Shown here: one piece after another, positions 1 to 11,300 of the stretch
How positions within the stretch are numbered: position 1 is the stretch's first letter
Layout: each line of letters opens with the position of its first letter
Source of the DNA: Phoronis australis
Lineage: Eukaryota; Animalia; Phoronida
Assembly (NCBI GenBank): GCA_002633005.1
Contig: NMRA01000139.1
Location: 756,816 to 820,815, forward strand
DNA: 64,000 nt
Direction: 5' to 3'
Position numbers and translations under genes: made by a program
The notes under the pieces: model-generated
The model's input: the letters and a program-made list of their open reading frames with translations, nothing else
Told to the model about the DNA's origin: nothing
The model's database searches: none

Positions 1-434
1 ATCGCTACTAGTGACCCATCTACGCATCCCACAACACGGGGAAAGCCAGCGACTTGATGGAATTGCCGCTGGTACAGATCGATGTTGTCGATCAAGTTGG
101 GGAGCGACAAGTCGGGTGAATTGTTGATGGCATTTGTTACTTTTGTGATCGTTCTTGAAACGGTCGACTTAGTCACCCCTTGGCTATCACCTACGACCGT
201 TTGAAAGCTTCCAGTGGCGTAGAACCGCAACGCAACTGAGACTTGCTGCTCAGTTGTAAGTGAATATCCTCTGCGAGTTTCTGGCTCGAGGTCGTCTTTT
301 AAAAAAGAGCATAATAAGTCAACTGCATCCTTGTTCATCCGGTACCGGTCAACATACGAGTCGTATTGAAGACGCTCTCGATAAACTCTGCCTAGGTTTT
401 CATTTCTTCGCTGACGAATGTGGAATACGGCCAT
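1..434 (-). CDS. PIF/Harbinger DDE transposase (HARBI1-like), N-terminal part; runs off the window start
   Basis: Manual translation from ATG at 434 is open to position 1: MAVFHIRQRR...DRYRMNKDAVDLLCSFLKDDLEPETRRGYSLTTEQQVSVALRFYATGSFQTVVGDSQGVTKSTVSRTITKVTNAI...FHQVAGFPRVVGCVDGSLVA. ALRFYATGSFQ (HTH region) and GFPxVVGCVDG (first catalytic Asp) are Harbinger hallmarks. Absent from the ORF track because it has no stop inside the window. Confidence 0.92.
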   Translation of the reverse strand, partial: MAVFHIRQRRNENLGRVYRERLQYDSYVDRYRMNKDAVDLLCSFLKDDLEPETRRGYSLTTEQQVSVALRFYATGSFQTVVGDSQGVTKSTVSRTITKVTNAINNSPDLSLPNLIDNIDLYQRQFHQVAGFPRVVGCVDGSLVA

Positions 435-629
435 TTTGACAAACTTAAGATCGAGTTAAGACAAGGTGAGAGTTGACTTAAAGTTAAGACAAAAACTTAA
501 GTCAGTCTTAGCTAAGATTGTTTCTTGGAACGCAAAATAATCTTAGGATTTGTCTTAAGTCAAAAACTTAAGAAAAGTCTTAAACTTAAGTCAAAAATGA
601 ACTTAAGCCAGTTTCTTGGAACGGGCCCC
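1..629 (-). mobile_element. 5' end of a Harbinger DNA transposon with terminal GGCCCGTTCCAAGAAAC and subterminal CTTAAG repeats
   Basis: 440-610 is a dense array of ACTTAAG/GTTAAGAC motifs. TTTCTTGGAACG occurs twice, ending in GGGCCCC at about 623-629, directly upstream of the transposase ATG. Confidence 0.8.
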
Positions 630-1269
630 TCCAATTTGGCAAAAGAATATTTCGAAAATAATTTTAGCTAAATTTAAGTTTAAACATGTTTAACCAAATG
701 TTGAAGTGATTTGGAACCGTCTACAATCTGTGCCTCTCAAATGATCACAGATGTATTGCTCGTTTGTCGCCAGAGGTCATTGTTCTTATAAAAATGAGGC
801 GTTATGTTTGTGCCGCCATTTTTTGTGAGTAGTGCTTATTGGTAGTGTGCAGTACTCTAGTTTTGCATGTTAAACAGACATGGGCGCAAAAACTCTGAAA
901 AATACCTTTTAAATCGATAAGAGCAAATGTATTCCGTGGGGCTCATAACGTCAGTGAGAGGCATTTATTCACTTTGGATATTGCAAGAATTTCTAGAAAA
1001 ACTGTAAGGTTCACTATTTTTGAAACACAGAGGAAATAAAAACTCTTTCATTCCAATAATGGTTTTCAATTTCGCCTCTCTTAATACCATATCCACTCAA
1101 AGAAATCGGTCTGGTTGCTGCTTGAAGCCGCCACTGCTATTTACATCAGAGATCAAAAGTCACATTTTCCATAAAAAGCGAAATTTGCTACGGCTATGCT
1201 TGGCATACCAAATACGCAGAATGGCTCTGCTGCGTGAGAGAACAATCGACGGAATGACGAGCAGTTTAC

Positions 1270-1420
1270 GTATAGTTTTTTTGTAAGTTCAAAACTAAAA
1301 GAAAAATGCTTTGAAATCAACACAAATTCACAACCTTAGTGAACAAACGTAAAAAAAATATCTGGTGAGCAGTTTGAATTCTGTTTCCGTGGCAGAGAAC
1401 ACTTTTGAACTTTTGACCAA
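1270..1420. repeat. Dispersed repeat, second copy at about 6270-6400
   Basis: AAACTAAAAGA(A/G)AATGCTTTGA(A/T)ATCAACA...GGTGAGCA..TTGA.TTC.GTTT(G)CCGTG is shared by both sites. Confidence 0.6.
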
Positions 1421-2789
1421 GTGTCTATTTTAATACCCGAAAAAAGTCCGGCAATGCGCTAGTGTATTGCAATAAATTTTTGATAAACTGCCGCATAATA
1501 CTCGCAAGAATTTTATCCAAGTTTGCCAGAGTCCGACAGAGTTCTGTGAAGTTTACTTTCTTTTTAAGAGTGCAGTACGTTTGTGTTAACTTGCAAGAAC
1601 TGGTGGCAAAGCGTAGTATAGAAGAGTTACATACGCCGCTATTGATACAAAGTATACTTGAATATTCTTATTCAATTCGAATCACATGCTCAAAATTATT
1701 TTAAAAAGGCGATAGTTAAAACCATTGAATTTCTGGTAGGGCCGAGAAAAACTGTGTTTCTGCGCGTCAGTTACAAAAGATACAGTGGATGACCGAATCT
1801 TATTCCAAGTGCTATTTTGCATAAACACCGACCTTAGATTCAAGGCAATTGTCTGGAGCTTGATTGAATTCTATTCTCTCCGGGAGCTGCGCAAATCATC
1901 GAAGAACACATATCACCGCATTTGTCTAAATTCTCCCTTGCAGCATTGCAACTCAAAATACCGTGATGAAAGTTTCCCTACATTGCAATGATCAATTTCA
2001 TCATGATTGGGAAATTGGAAAGTGACTAGTGCATTTGCAAGTGTAGAAGCAGTGCAGTTGTGTCTTCTATAAAGGCGTAAACCTCGCGCACACGGTAAAT
2101 CGCGCAAGGCCTCTCGTGATTCCGCCATCAGCACGTCGTGCATGATCGTGGTAGTTTCCTTCGAGAGATTCTTTTGTCTGCGGCTTTCAACCTAGGTGGA
2201 GTGTTCGAATTATTGTGGATAACTAGGCTGCCTTAGAACCTGAGTGCTACAGTGTTTTATTAGGCAGGACTTGGTGTGATGACTCGCTGGAACAAACACC
2301 TTCACGGAAAATAGTGCGTTTGATTTCTCGGTACTTCAGCAGTTACTTAACCCTTGAAATTGATTCAGATGTGAAATAGCCAAGTCAACAGAAACTGGTA
2401 TGATTATAAGAGGACTCGTTCACTGTGTAGTTATTTGTTGCCCAATTGCCAGTTATAGTTCTTGGGTATCGTCGTCTCTGATGTCAACCCTACCTGCCGG
2501 CGGTATCTATTCAATGATAAAAACTTGTTCACAAGAATTCATCTTAGCGTGTTGAATGTTTAGACGCACAAAACCCTTGTAAAACTGTCTTACCTGATTC
2601 AGCGCTGTGGTTATTTGAGGATTACAGAGAAGTAAACGTGCACTTTTTTGTTGATCATTGGATTCTTTGCTGCGTTTTTCAACAATGGAACTCGTTGGTA
2701 GCAAGGATACGACATGTTACAGATAAATGTTCTCAAATTCAAATCCTTCTAAAAATTAAGCTTAGGAGCTATTGAATATTGGTATATGC

Positions 2790-2990
2790 ACAGGCATGAG
2801 AAGGTATTTACACTCTCAAAAACTGCACAATTTTAGCGACGATAAATGAGCTGTGATGTGACTGCCACGGTGGAAGAGCTGGTGGACGGTGACACAGCTT
2901 GAACGGATAAAAAGTGCTTTGCCAAAGAATTGAGAACGTCGAAGGCTTGGCACAACTGAATACCTTTCATAGAATCTCCTGCCTGAATGC
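2790..2990 (-). pseudogene. Possible decayed hAT transposase C-terminal dimerisation domain
   Basis: Minus strand reads AFDVLNSLAKHFLSVQAVS then, after a frameshift, VHQLFHRGSHITAHLSSLKLCSF*E. This resembles the hAT LA..FLS..A.S...E.LFS..G motif. Frameshift and stop present. Confidence 0.35.
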
Positions 2991-3413
2991 ACCACTCGAC
3001 CATTCGATCTTAACTTAGACTGACTTTAAGTCGGGTTCAGGCCAGTAGGAAGGCAAAAATAATTGGGGTGTAGTGGCTTCGGGGTTGTTTCAAAATACCG
3101 TGTTGAAACGCAGTCAATAGTCCAGTTTCTGGTGGCTGGGAAAATTATACAGAGTCTGTCCCCAAAACGCACACACTTCAATGCCAAGAGTCCAACTTCA
3201 GTTCCCATGGATCACTGAGATTCTGCGTGAGCTTACTGCACGGTTACACCTTAATTTTAACGTGGGTGCCTCAGTCAGGGTGTGCTCCGTCTATGTAATA
3301 GCACAGGAATGGCAAGCAAGCGATTCCGTTTTGAAGAAAAAAATCATTGCGCAGAACCACTGGAGACTCAGAACACCAATGAAGTGCAAAGAAATTCAAA
3401 ATGACGATAAATA

Positions 3414-3714
3414 ATGAGAAGGACACTCAAGTAACATTCGTGGGTGCTGGAAGCAAAGATTCGAAATTGGTCCAGAAGCGTCCGTGGTCAATCGGAATGT
3501 GTATGAAGGTCATCAACGTCACAAAATAGCCTATAATAATTGAATTTGTGATTTCGATGTTTTTGGAATTTTGTCGTCAAATCACCACTCGAAGGCAGTT
3601 TGATGAGATCAAGTGAAAGAAGATATCCAAAGATTTGTTTGATGCCGATTTCATAGAGTTCCATGCACAACTGAGTAGAAAATTCTGAGCAGACCGATTT
3701 TTAATGTCCAGCCT
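3414..3714. mobile_element. Degenerate copy of the short TTAA-type MITE at 27661-27874
   Basis: Shares GGACACTCAA..A.CATTC.TGGG and GAGTTCCATGCACA..TGAGTAGAAAATTCTGAGCA...GATTT...TGTCCA.CCTT. Confidence 0.6.
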
Positions 3715-3767
3715 TTATCTTTTATTATATTAAGTGATGTTAGAGTTGATCGAAGAACATAAAAAAA

Positions 3768-4580
3768 CGGATTGCTCTGATACCCCCTCGACCCCCACAC
3801 CCTTCGATACCCTCGACCCACGACCCCCTCGACCCACAACCTCCACGACCCACGGCCCCTTCGACCCGGGGCCTGTGTCAACAGAGGTATTTTGCGCATT
3901 TTACATATTCCATTATTATGAAATTATTACGTCGCTGAGTGACTTTCCTATAAGACAGACCTATATGCGAGTCTGCTCTGGCTCAAGTCTGGTGATTAAA
4001 AACAAAAAGTGGCGTGAGAACGTGACCTGAAATAGCGCATTGTGAGTGCGCTATCGTCACGGAAACAGTTCCAAGAGATTCGACCAATTTACCAGCTCTA
4101 CTAAACTTACGTTAACGTGAATGTTCATAATTTTGCGTTATTATTATTTGCTTGCTGTTGTATACTCGTTTACCCCATACAACGGTGAAGTACTATTTAG
4201 TTAATATTTTGTTTTTCAAACTGTATTTACTGATGAAATTATAATTATGTCCGTTCCCTGCACTCTCTACAAAACAGGTTGAACCTGCCATTCACTGAAG
4301 AACGATATTTGTAACGTTGGTAGGTGTTCGATTTGATTTGACCGCGTTGTTTTTTTTCTATTTCTGGCTTTCAAAGTTGCCGAATCGACTCTCGTTTCCA
4401 AATCAAAACAGGGAAAAGACAGCCGAGCTCACGGCCTATCTCATTGGTCCTACAAGTTAGCGATTGTTCTATATTCAGATCGAGTCGAGTTTGTGTAGAC
4501 TGGATCGAGAGGTTGTAGGTCGTGGGTCAAGGGGGGCGTGGGTCATGGGTCGAGGGGATCGAGTGGTTTTAGAACTAACC
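3768..4580. mobile_element. Non-autonomous DNA element with inverted subterminal (CTCGACCC/CACGACCC) arrays
   Basis: 3780-3870 is a CCCTCGACCC-rich array. 4500-4565 is its GGGTCGAGG inverse. The termini are imperfectly inverted (GGATTGCTCTGATACC / GGTTTTAGAACTAACCC). A partial second copy lies at 50045-50303. Confidence 0.7.
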
Positions 4581-5292
4581 CAGAAAAACGCAAGTTTCTG
4601 TGGGTTAAATTAAACTCGAAAGATGTTTCAACCAAGTCCATTATTATTTTAATAAAGATGCTAGTTTGATACTGGTTGTTCAAGAACTGTTGTATTTTGT
4701 ACCAGGGCAACAAGACGAATGACCTACCGGAAGTAAAGTTGTCCATCTTGGCACAGACGCTCAGTTAATGGTGACGTTGCGGATTTGACGCAGGATAACA
4801 CACTTGGCAGTTCATTAGCAAACCATCTAGCTGTATGGAAACTATCGTCTAAATACATCTGGCATAAACTTAGCACCACGGCTTACTGATTACGTACTGT
4901 AGTCTGCGTCAATGCTAAAAACATGCATGCGCAAAACCTTGTGAGCCGACTACTTATTTTATTTGGATAACGCATCGAACCGTGTGCGTGTGTCACTATC
5001 AGCGTACTTCTTTCAGTGCGGCATTATGGTATTACAGTACGTGTGCTTTAGCTTACAAATGTACCTAAAATTGAACTACAGAGGTTCAATTCATTGCGTT
5101 CCAATTCGATGGCTAAGTCAATGACTCAATTGCACGCGTACACATAGTTTTCTAGAATGAGACGGCACGTGTAATGTGCAAAACACTATTATCTCAAACT
5201 GAGATACAACATGTAGATACATGTATATACATGTCCTTTTTTGAAATGATTTTCGCGAAATTTCATTAACTGTCTGTCCTTTTACTTACAAA

Positions 5293-5371
5293 ATGGTCGT
5301 TGTAATCAAGATCGCTCTTTGCGTAGTGATGGCAGTTGCTGACGTTACGTCCCTAAAAGAATCCCGATACG
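5293..5371 (+). CDS. Gene A exon 1, signal peptide
   Basis: MVVVIKIALCVVMAVADVTSLKESRY followed by G|gtgagt (phase 1). Confidence 0.8.
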
Positions 5372-8300
5372 GTGAGTTGATTTCGAATGAATGTGAGTTT
5401 TAATGCCAAACTGACCTTTTGTCTAAGAGGTCCGCCCCGGATTACACAGCGACACTCGAAGCTATCTGTATTTACACTCAATGCCGTCAACATCCGTCAG
5501 GCACATTTGCTGCCTCGTTTTCGTGCCAGTGGAGTTTCACATTGTTATTTGCTCGTGTCTGATTCTTTGCCACTTTTTAACTTTTTCACCGCATTTTTCT
5601 ATGCGTCCTTCCAATGCCAACAAATTATTACTGTTGTGCTACTGGCTGTATCTCCGACGTGAGAAATTTTGATAAACTGGACAAACACCCGTGAATGCGT
5701 GACCTGAAATTCTTCGCCTTCCCAATATCAACAAGCGATACGAAAAAGTGCCTGATTTCCAAAACGAGGTCACACGCCTTCTTATCTCCATGTAAAAGGA
5801 GAGTTCCATCGCCGTGCAATCCGGGACGGACCTATTGGTTTAAGATTTTTCTTTTATTGTTGTAGTATTCACCTGGGCATGCGTTGCAGAATTATTGCGG
5901 CTAATTAATTTAGAACAGTCGTACATGTTGGAAGCAGGGTCAAAAGAAAGAGCTGTGCACCCTTGGTGTTAGAACTGCGCCAGTCAGATTAGGCCTAAGA
6001 AGGGAGGCTTACATGTACATACATGTACGTGTCTCCCGATTGAAATTGCAGACTTGAGTCATTGCCTTGATGGCGACATACCTGGGTGCATGGCGAGTTC
6101 AGTTTTGAAAGCAAATACATATTGAGGAGAGCATACTTTAGATAACATTTGTCATGACATGAGGAAGGAGCGTTCTTTGTGTGTCCCGGGCTCGTTTTAT
6201 GGATTTTTGGCTCTATGAATCCCAGTCTTTTGCGTTACAGTCCAGGCACTAAGAGGAAAATTGAAAAAGTGGCGAGCAGTTGATAAATGTTTTTTTGAAA
6301 TTTGAAACTAAAAGAGAATGCTTTGATATCAACAGAAGTTGAAAACGAACCAACCCTCAAAACACTTGGTGAGCACGTTGAGTTCCGTTTGCCGTGTTCC
6401 AGGCCTCCTTAACAATTTGCATGTTTTTCAACAGATTTTAGTCTTAGCCAACGGAATTTGACAGAAGTAGGTAGTCATATGGTCACTTTTTTCTGGGCCA
6501 TCGATTAAAACTTATTGAGAATTACTTATAAAACTCAAGGTAGACACGCAGGTGTATTGTTTACCCTGATCAAAGATGCAGATTTACCTCGATGCAGTGC
6601 AACCCGTTCCAAACGCCGTAACACCTTTCGAGAGTCTATTAAATGCAAGCCGTTACATGATTATAGCTCACTGCATAAGATTACAACATACGTTATACAC
6701 CGTAACACTCTTCAACGGGCCCTACATGCGTGTTGCCGTGCGATCTATGATCAAGTCGACGTTTACTCTTGTTGCCAAGATTTTCGATTATATTCAGCTT
6801 CGAGACTAGTGGCAATCTGTATTTCGCGCTGAATTTACAAAATGGCAGCCTCAGATGAAAGTACCGCTATCCCAAAACTCTTAAGTCTCGCGAATTCACG
6901 CTTGTTCTCGTTGTTCAAAGAAAAGGCCGTCTCTATGTGGGCACTGCACATGCATGTAGCACTCGTTGAAGAGTGTTACGGTGTATAATGTATTGTAGTA
7001 ATATATTACAGTGAGCTTCAAGCGTGTAACGGCTTGCATTTATTAAACTCTTGAATGGTGTTACGGCGTTTGGAACGGGTGGTATTACACATACAAAATT
7101 GCCAAAGTCGAGCCCAGCTGGTGTTGAGATCTTGGCTGAGCTATGGAACCTTTCATCGATTTATTTCACATTCTTGACTTCCAAGGCATAATCTTGTGTT
7201 TTGTGGACGGTAAGAAATTTCATTTGTCTTGACCAAGTGCATGAACATAACAACAAAACGTATTCGAATGTCATCGGGTTTTTCGTCATTAAAGTTACTT
7301 TATCCTGCATTGTGCCATGTATGTAAACAGAACCAACAATATATTTGATACATCTTTATCGAACGTAACTGATCTATTCCAAAATAAGCCAAATAAAACG
7401 ACGACACGGTTCAAAGACACAAGCAGGAATCTTAGTTAGATCTGGTCCAGCCCCCAAACGTGTAAATAGTCAGGCACAAAAGGTGCGTTATAACTACATG
7501 TAAGGTGAATTATCCAGTTGAGAACTGATTCATAGGCATAACAGACTATTTGATGTCCTGAAATTGTGACGTGATAGGTCCTGTGCAGACAGATGCCCCG
7601 CGAATATTTTACGGTACTACTGAAGCATTGCGGCCAACTCTCATATAATCACCCCATGTAATTGCAATGTTTTTGTTCATTGCTTGGTGTATGACTTTTG
7701 TGCACATGTTCATATTGGTTTATTTATCACAAATTGTTTGTTTTATTAAAATAGTAAACCTTGCTTATAAACGGACTACAAGTCAGTCAGGGGAGAAGAT
7801 GGATGCTAAGATTGAAGACTGGGGTTCTTCATTGAGGGCAGTTGATGGTAACGACAATCCTATCTTCGAAGGACAGAGTTGTACACGTACTAATAAAACG
7901 ATGAACCCGTACTGGAGGGTTCAGGTTGGGGGACATGGGAGACCACCGAACGTCCCCATCCGCTACGTCATGATAACTAACCGGAATAGCGCAAGTGTGT
8001 TCTTATAAGTTAAATATGTTACTACAACAGCACCTTGCATTGCAAGTACGTTTTATTGTGCACAATGTATAAGACATAATATTTAAAAACTCATCTCATC
8101 ACAATTAGTTCCATTGTCTTTGTTAACCTTAATGCTACCTGGTATAAATATGCAGCTTTTGATCGATCTCCCTAAAAAGTAAGCAAAGGTATGTCAGGTC
8201 CAAAGGTATTGAAGCTAACCTTTCCATATAAATTGATTAATAGAACCGTCCCAGATTATACAGCTATAGAACTCCCCTTGTCCTGGAATTAGAAACGCGT

Positions 8301-11300
8301 GACCTCGTTTTGAAAATTAGGCACATTTTCTTGACTCATAAATTTCGGGAAAGCGAAGAATAGTCCTAATTCGTTGACATGGAAAGACGAATAGACTAAT
8401 GCAGCCGAGAAAAATATGTAAAAAATCAGACTACAACAAATGACATGTAAAAATCCAGTGGCACGAAAACAGGGCAGGAAATGTGCGATTGTCGATGTGT
8501 AATCTATTGCGGCTCTATTGGGTTATATGTGCGGAAGCTACCTTGTAAATCCACTAATTCCATGGTTAAATTTACGGAGCAATCATATGCATCAACTTTG
8601 AGCCCCACCTGTTAGCCATAATTATGTTTTCGCTGATTCTTCAACCGACTGTTCTTTTTAACAAGTTTGATCACAATTCACAACGAATTACCGGAAGTGG
8701 TTGCACTTCTTCGTTTTGGATTCTGTATTACCATCGAAGCGAAATTCTGAAAATGCTTGGTTCGAAGAGGTTAAATCATCATTTACCAATGAAAGTCATT
8801 TTACAAATCAAATCAATGAGGAATGACAAGTAGATATAGGTGTGTCAGAAGAGCAGTCCTATGACATCGCATTTTCATGTAGCAGTGTCACAAATCCTTC
8901 TCATTTTTCAATCCAGGTTGGCATTTGAACAACTTTGCCGTAAACGTTCTTGAAGACAGAAGTGACAAGCGACATGTATGTTACCACTTCAAGGGCAAAT
9001 TTCCGCCAGGGACGCGGTTGTTGAAATGTAAAGAAGGAACACCAGCAGGTTCCGTGCTAGAAATCAAAAGTCTCAGGAACAAGAAAGAGTTTCTAACCTT
9101 GTGCGAGGTGGCAGTATTTGGAGAAAATCCAGGTAATACGCCGACCCGTTGTAATGCAGGAGCATATTGTTTCGTGTTGTCCATGCCCGAGCATTTTGTC
9201 ACAACGCAGGCCAAACCGTCAATCTATTTGGATTCTCACCTATCATGTGTGCGGCGCAGCACTGAAAAAGTGAGGGGTGGCTAAAGCCCTCTCACCCACC
9301 TATGATGCACCACCTAATGACCGCGTGCGGTGTAGCAGTGAAAGAAGTGGGGGGCTATAGCCCCCTATGGTGCGCCGCCCATGTACAGTATCCGTGGCAG
9401 ATCTACGTTTTCAGAAAGGGGGTGATTAGGATTTGCGAGAATACGAGGGCAGGTAGAGGGGGGTTCTTCTTCCCGTGTAAGATTTTTTTTATTTTTTAAA
9501 TTTGATCCTGTCCCAGGTGCCGGTTTAAACCCCCTGAACCCCGCGTACATTCGCCTCTGCCCATTGCTCTCTTCTCTGGTGCATCCCAAACCTCGCTGAC
9601 GCCATTATATACGTGTTTTCGAGGGTCATGGTTCGTACAAGCAAGGCCCTTGGGGCAATAAATCTTTGGGATGACAAACACTATTTTTCCCATCACCAAT
9701 CATGTCAACCGCTACGGTTTTTACGTAATTTAGTACGTTTATTGTTTTGGAACGCCGCAGTGGCAAAGTGATGTTTCTAACATAATCCAATGATTTTACC
9801 ATTGATTACATATATCAAAAACCTTGTCCTCGTATGTAGTTTTTTGTTTTTTTTGTGAAAAAATAGACTGCGCTGAGTACAGTAAAATTAATGGCGACCG
9901 GGGACGTTGCTAAGCCGCCACTGCCACTGTGGTTACTGGTGAGATTCTTTAAAGCGACTACAAAGCTCATATTAAAAATCATCATTTCGGTCTCGCCGTC
10001 CACATAACAACCAACTGTCGACCATTTTACTTACTTGTACGATAGCAAGGCAAACGTTCTCACAAACTACCTGCGAATAACCTATCCCAGACTGGGTCAT
10101 AGACGATGAGCAGCGGCACTAATCCTTTCGCCACACTTCCATCCTGAGCTGTAGGAGACGCAAACTCCCAATAGTGATGTTCCCAGTTAGTTCTTGGTTT
10201 TGCAGTCGCTTCTGGGCCGGCTTGACGCGCAGGTCGCAAATAAGCGTTCTCGTAAAAATCACCTCCCACTTGCGTTTCTGTTCGGGTTGTTGTGTGACCT
10301 TGCTTTACCGCGAATTGCCTTGCGTCTAAGGATCGCAGTCCAGTTTCTAAGCTAAAACTACATGTAAGCAATGTGCTTCACGATATGTCCTCGATCTTGT
10401 AAAAGCATTCATACAGTTTACCGCAGAATTGGAATTGACAGTGTTTGACACACTCAGGGAATTTGTTAAATATATTGGCTATTGCATTAATCCAAATTAG
10501 GCTGGTACAAACCTGGAACAGAGGAAATAGAGAGCCCCGTCGACGTAGACTACAGAGGGCGTCCTTGTGCATCTGACGCCGGCAAGTACTGTAGCATGCA
10601 AGCTAACGGAGAAAAACTCGACAAACCAAAGTGCTTCGTTGCGAAAGCTTTGCAGGCGTGCACAATACCTCCATACTTTGGTTAGTTCGTGTTTTATTTC
10701 TTTAAACACTCAATACATCAAAAGTATTAAAGCCAAAATGTCACCACAACAGGTATTTGAAACTTTCGTTCGCTCTAGAAGCGTAGAGGCATGCTAAAAT
10801 GTGAACCATTTAGATTGCTTCTCGTTTTTGCGTAAAGTAAATCAGAAGTTAAGACAGTCGCACAGGAAAGAGCAATTTCATTTCTTACTTAATGCAACCT
10901 TTGGAAGTTTAAGCGAGCATCCGTTGACGCAGAGGCAACTCAACGATGCTTGAACTCATGTACATGTACAAAACCGTGTCCCGTTGAGACAAGTCTCTGG
11001 CTGACCGAGGAATTCAATTGAAAAATGACCAATGTACCTTTTATTTTTGTTTACCTAGAAGTCAAATTGTTCTCAGATAGTGTTTGCTTTCCCCAGCTCC
11101 GTATCCTTATAATACGAATTCGGAAGGTGCCGATGATAGCATGACCTTAAAACTATGCTTGCTCACTTTTTCGTCTTGGTGGCCATCAACAGTAGGAGTG
11201 GCGCTACACTCTTTCACAGTGCTACGAAAGGTAGCTCTGGAATGTTGTTTTACATTGCTTCACATTGGTTAAAGTAATGGAATCGACGTCATGACATTCA

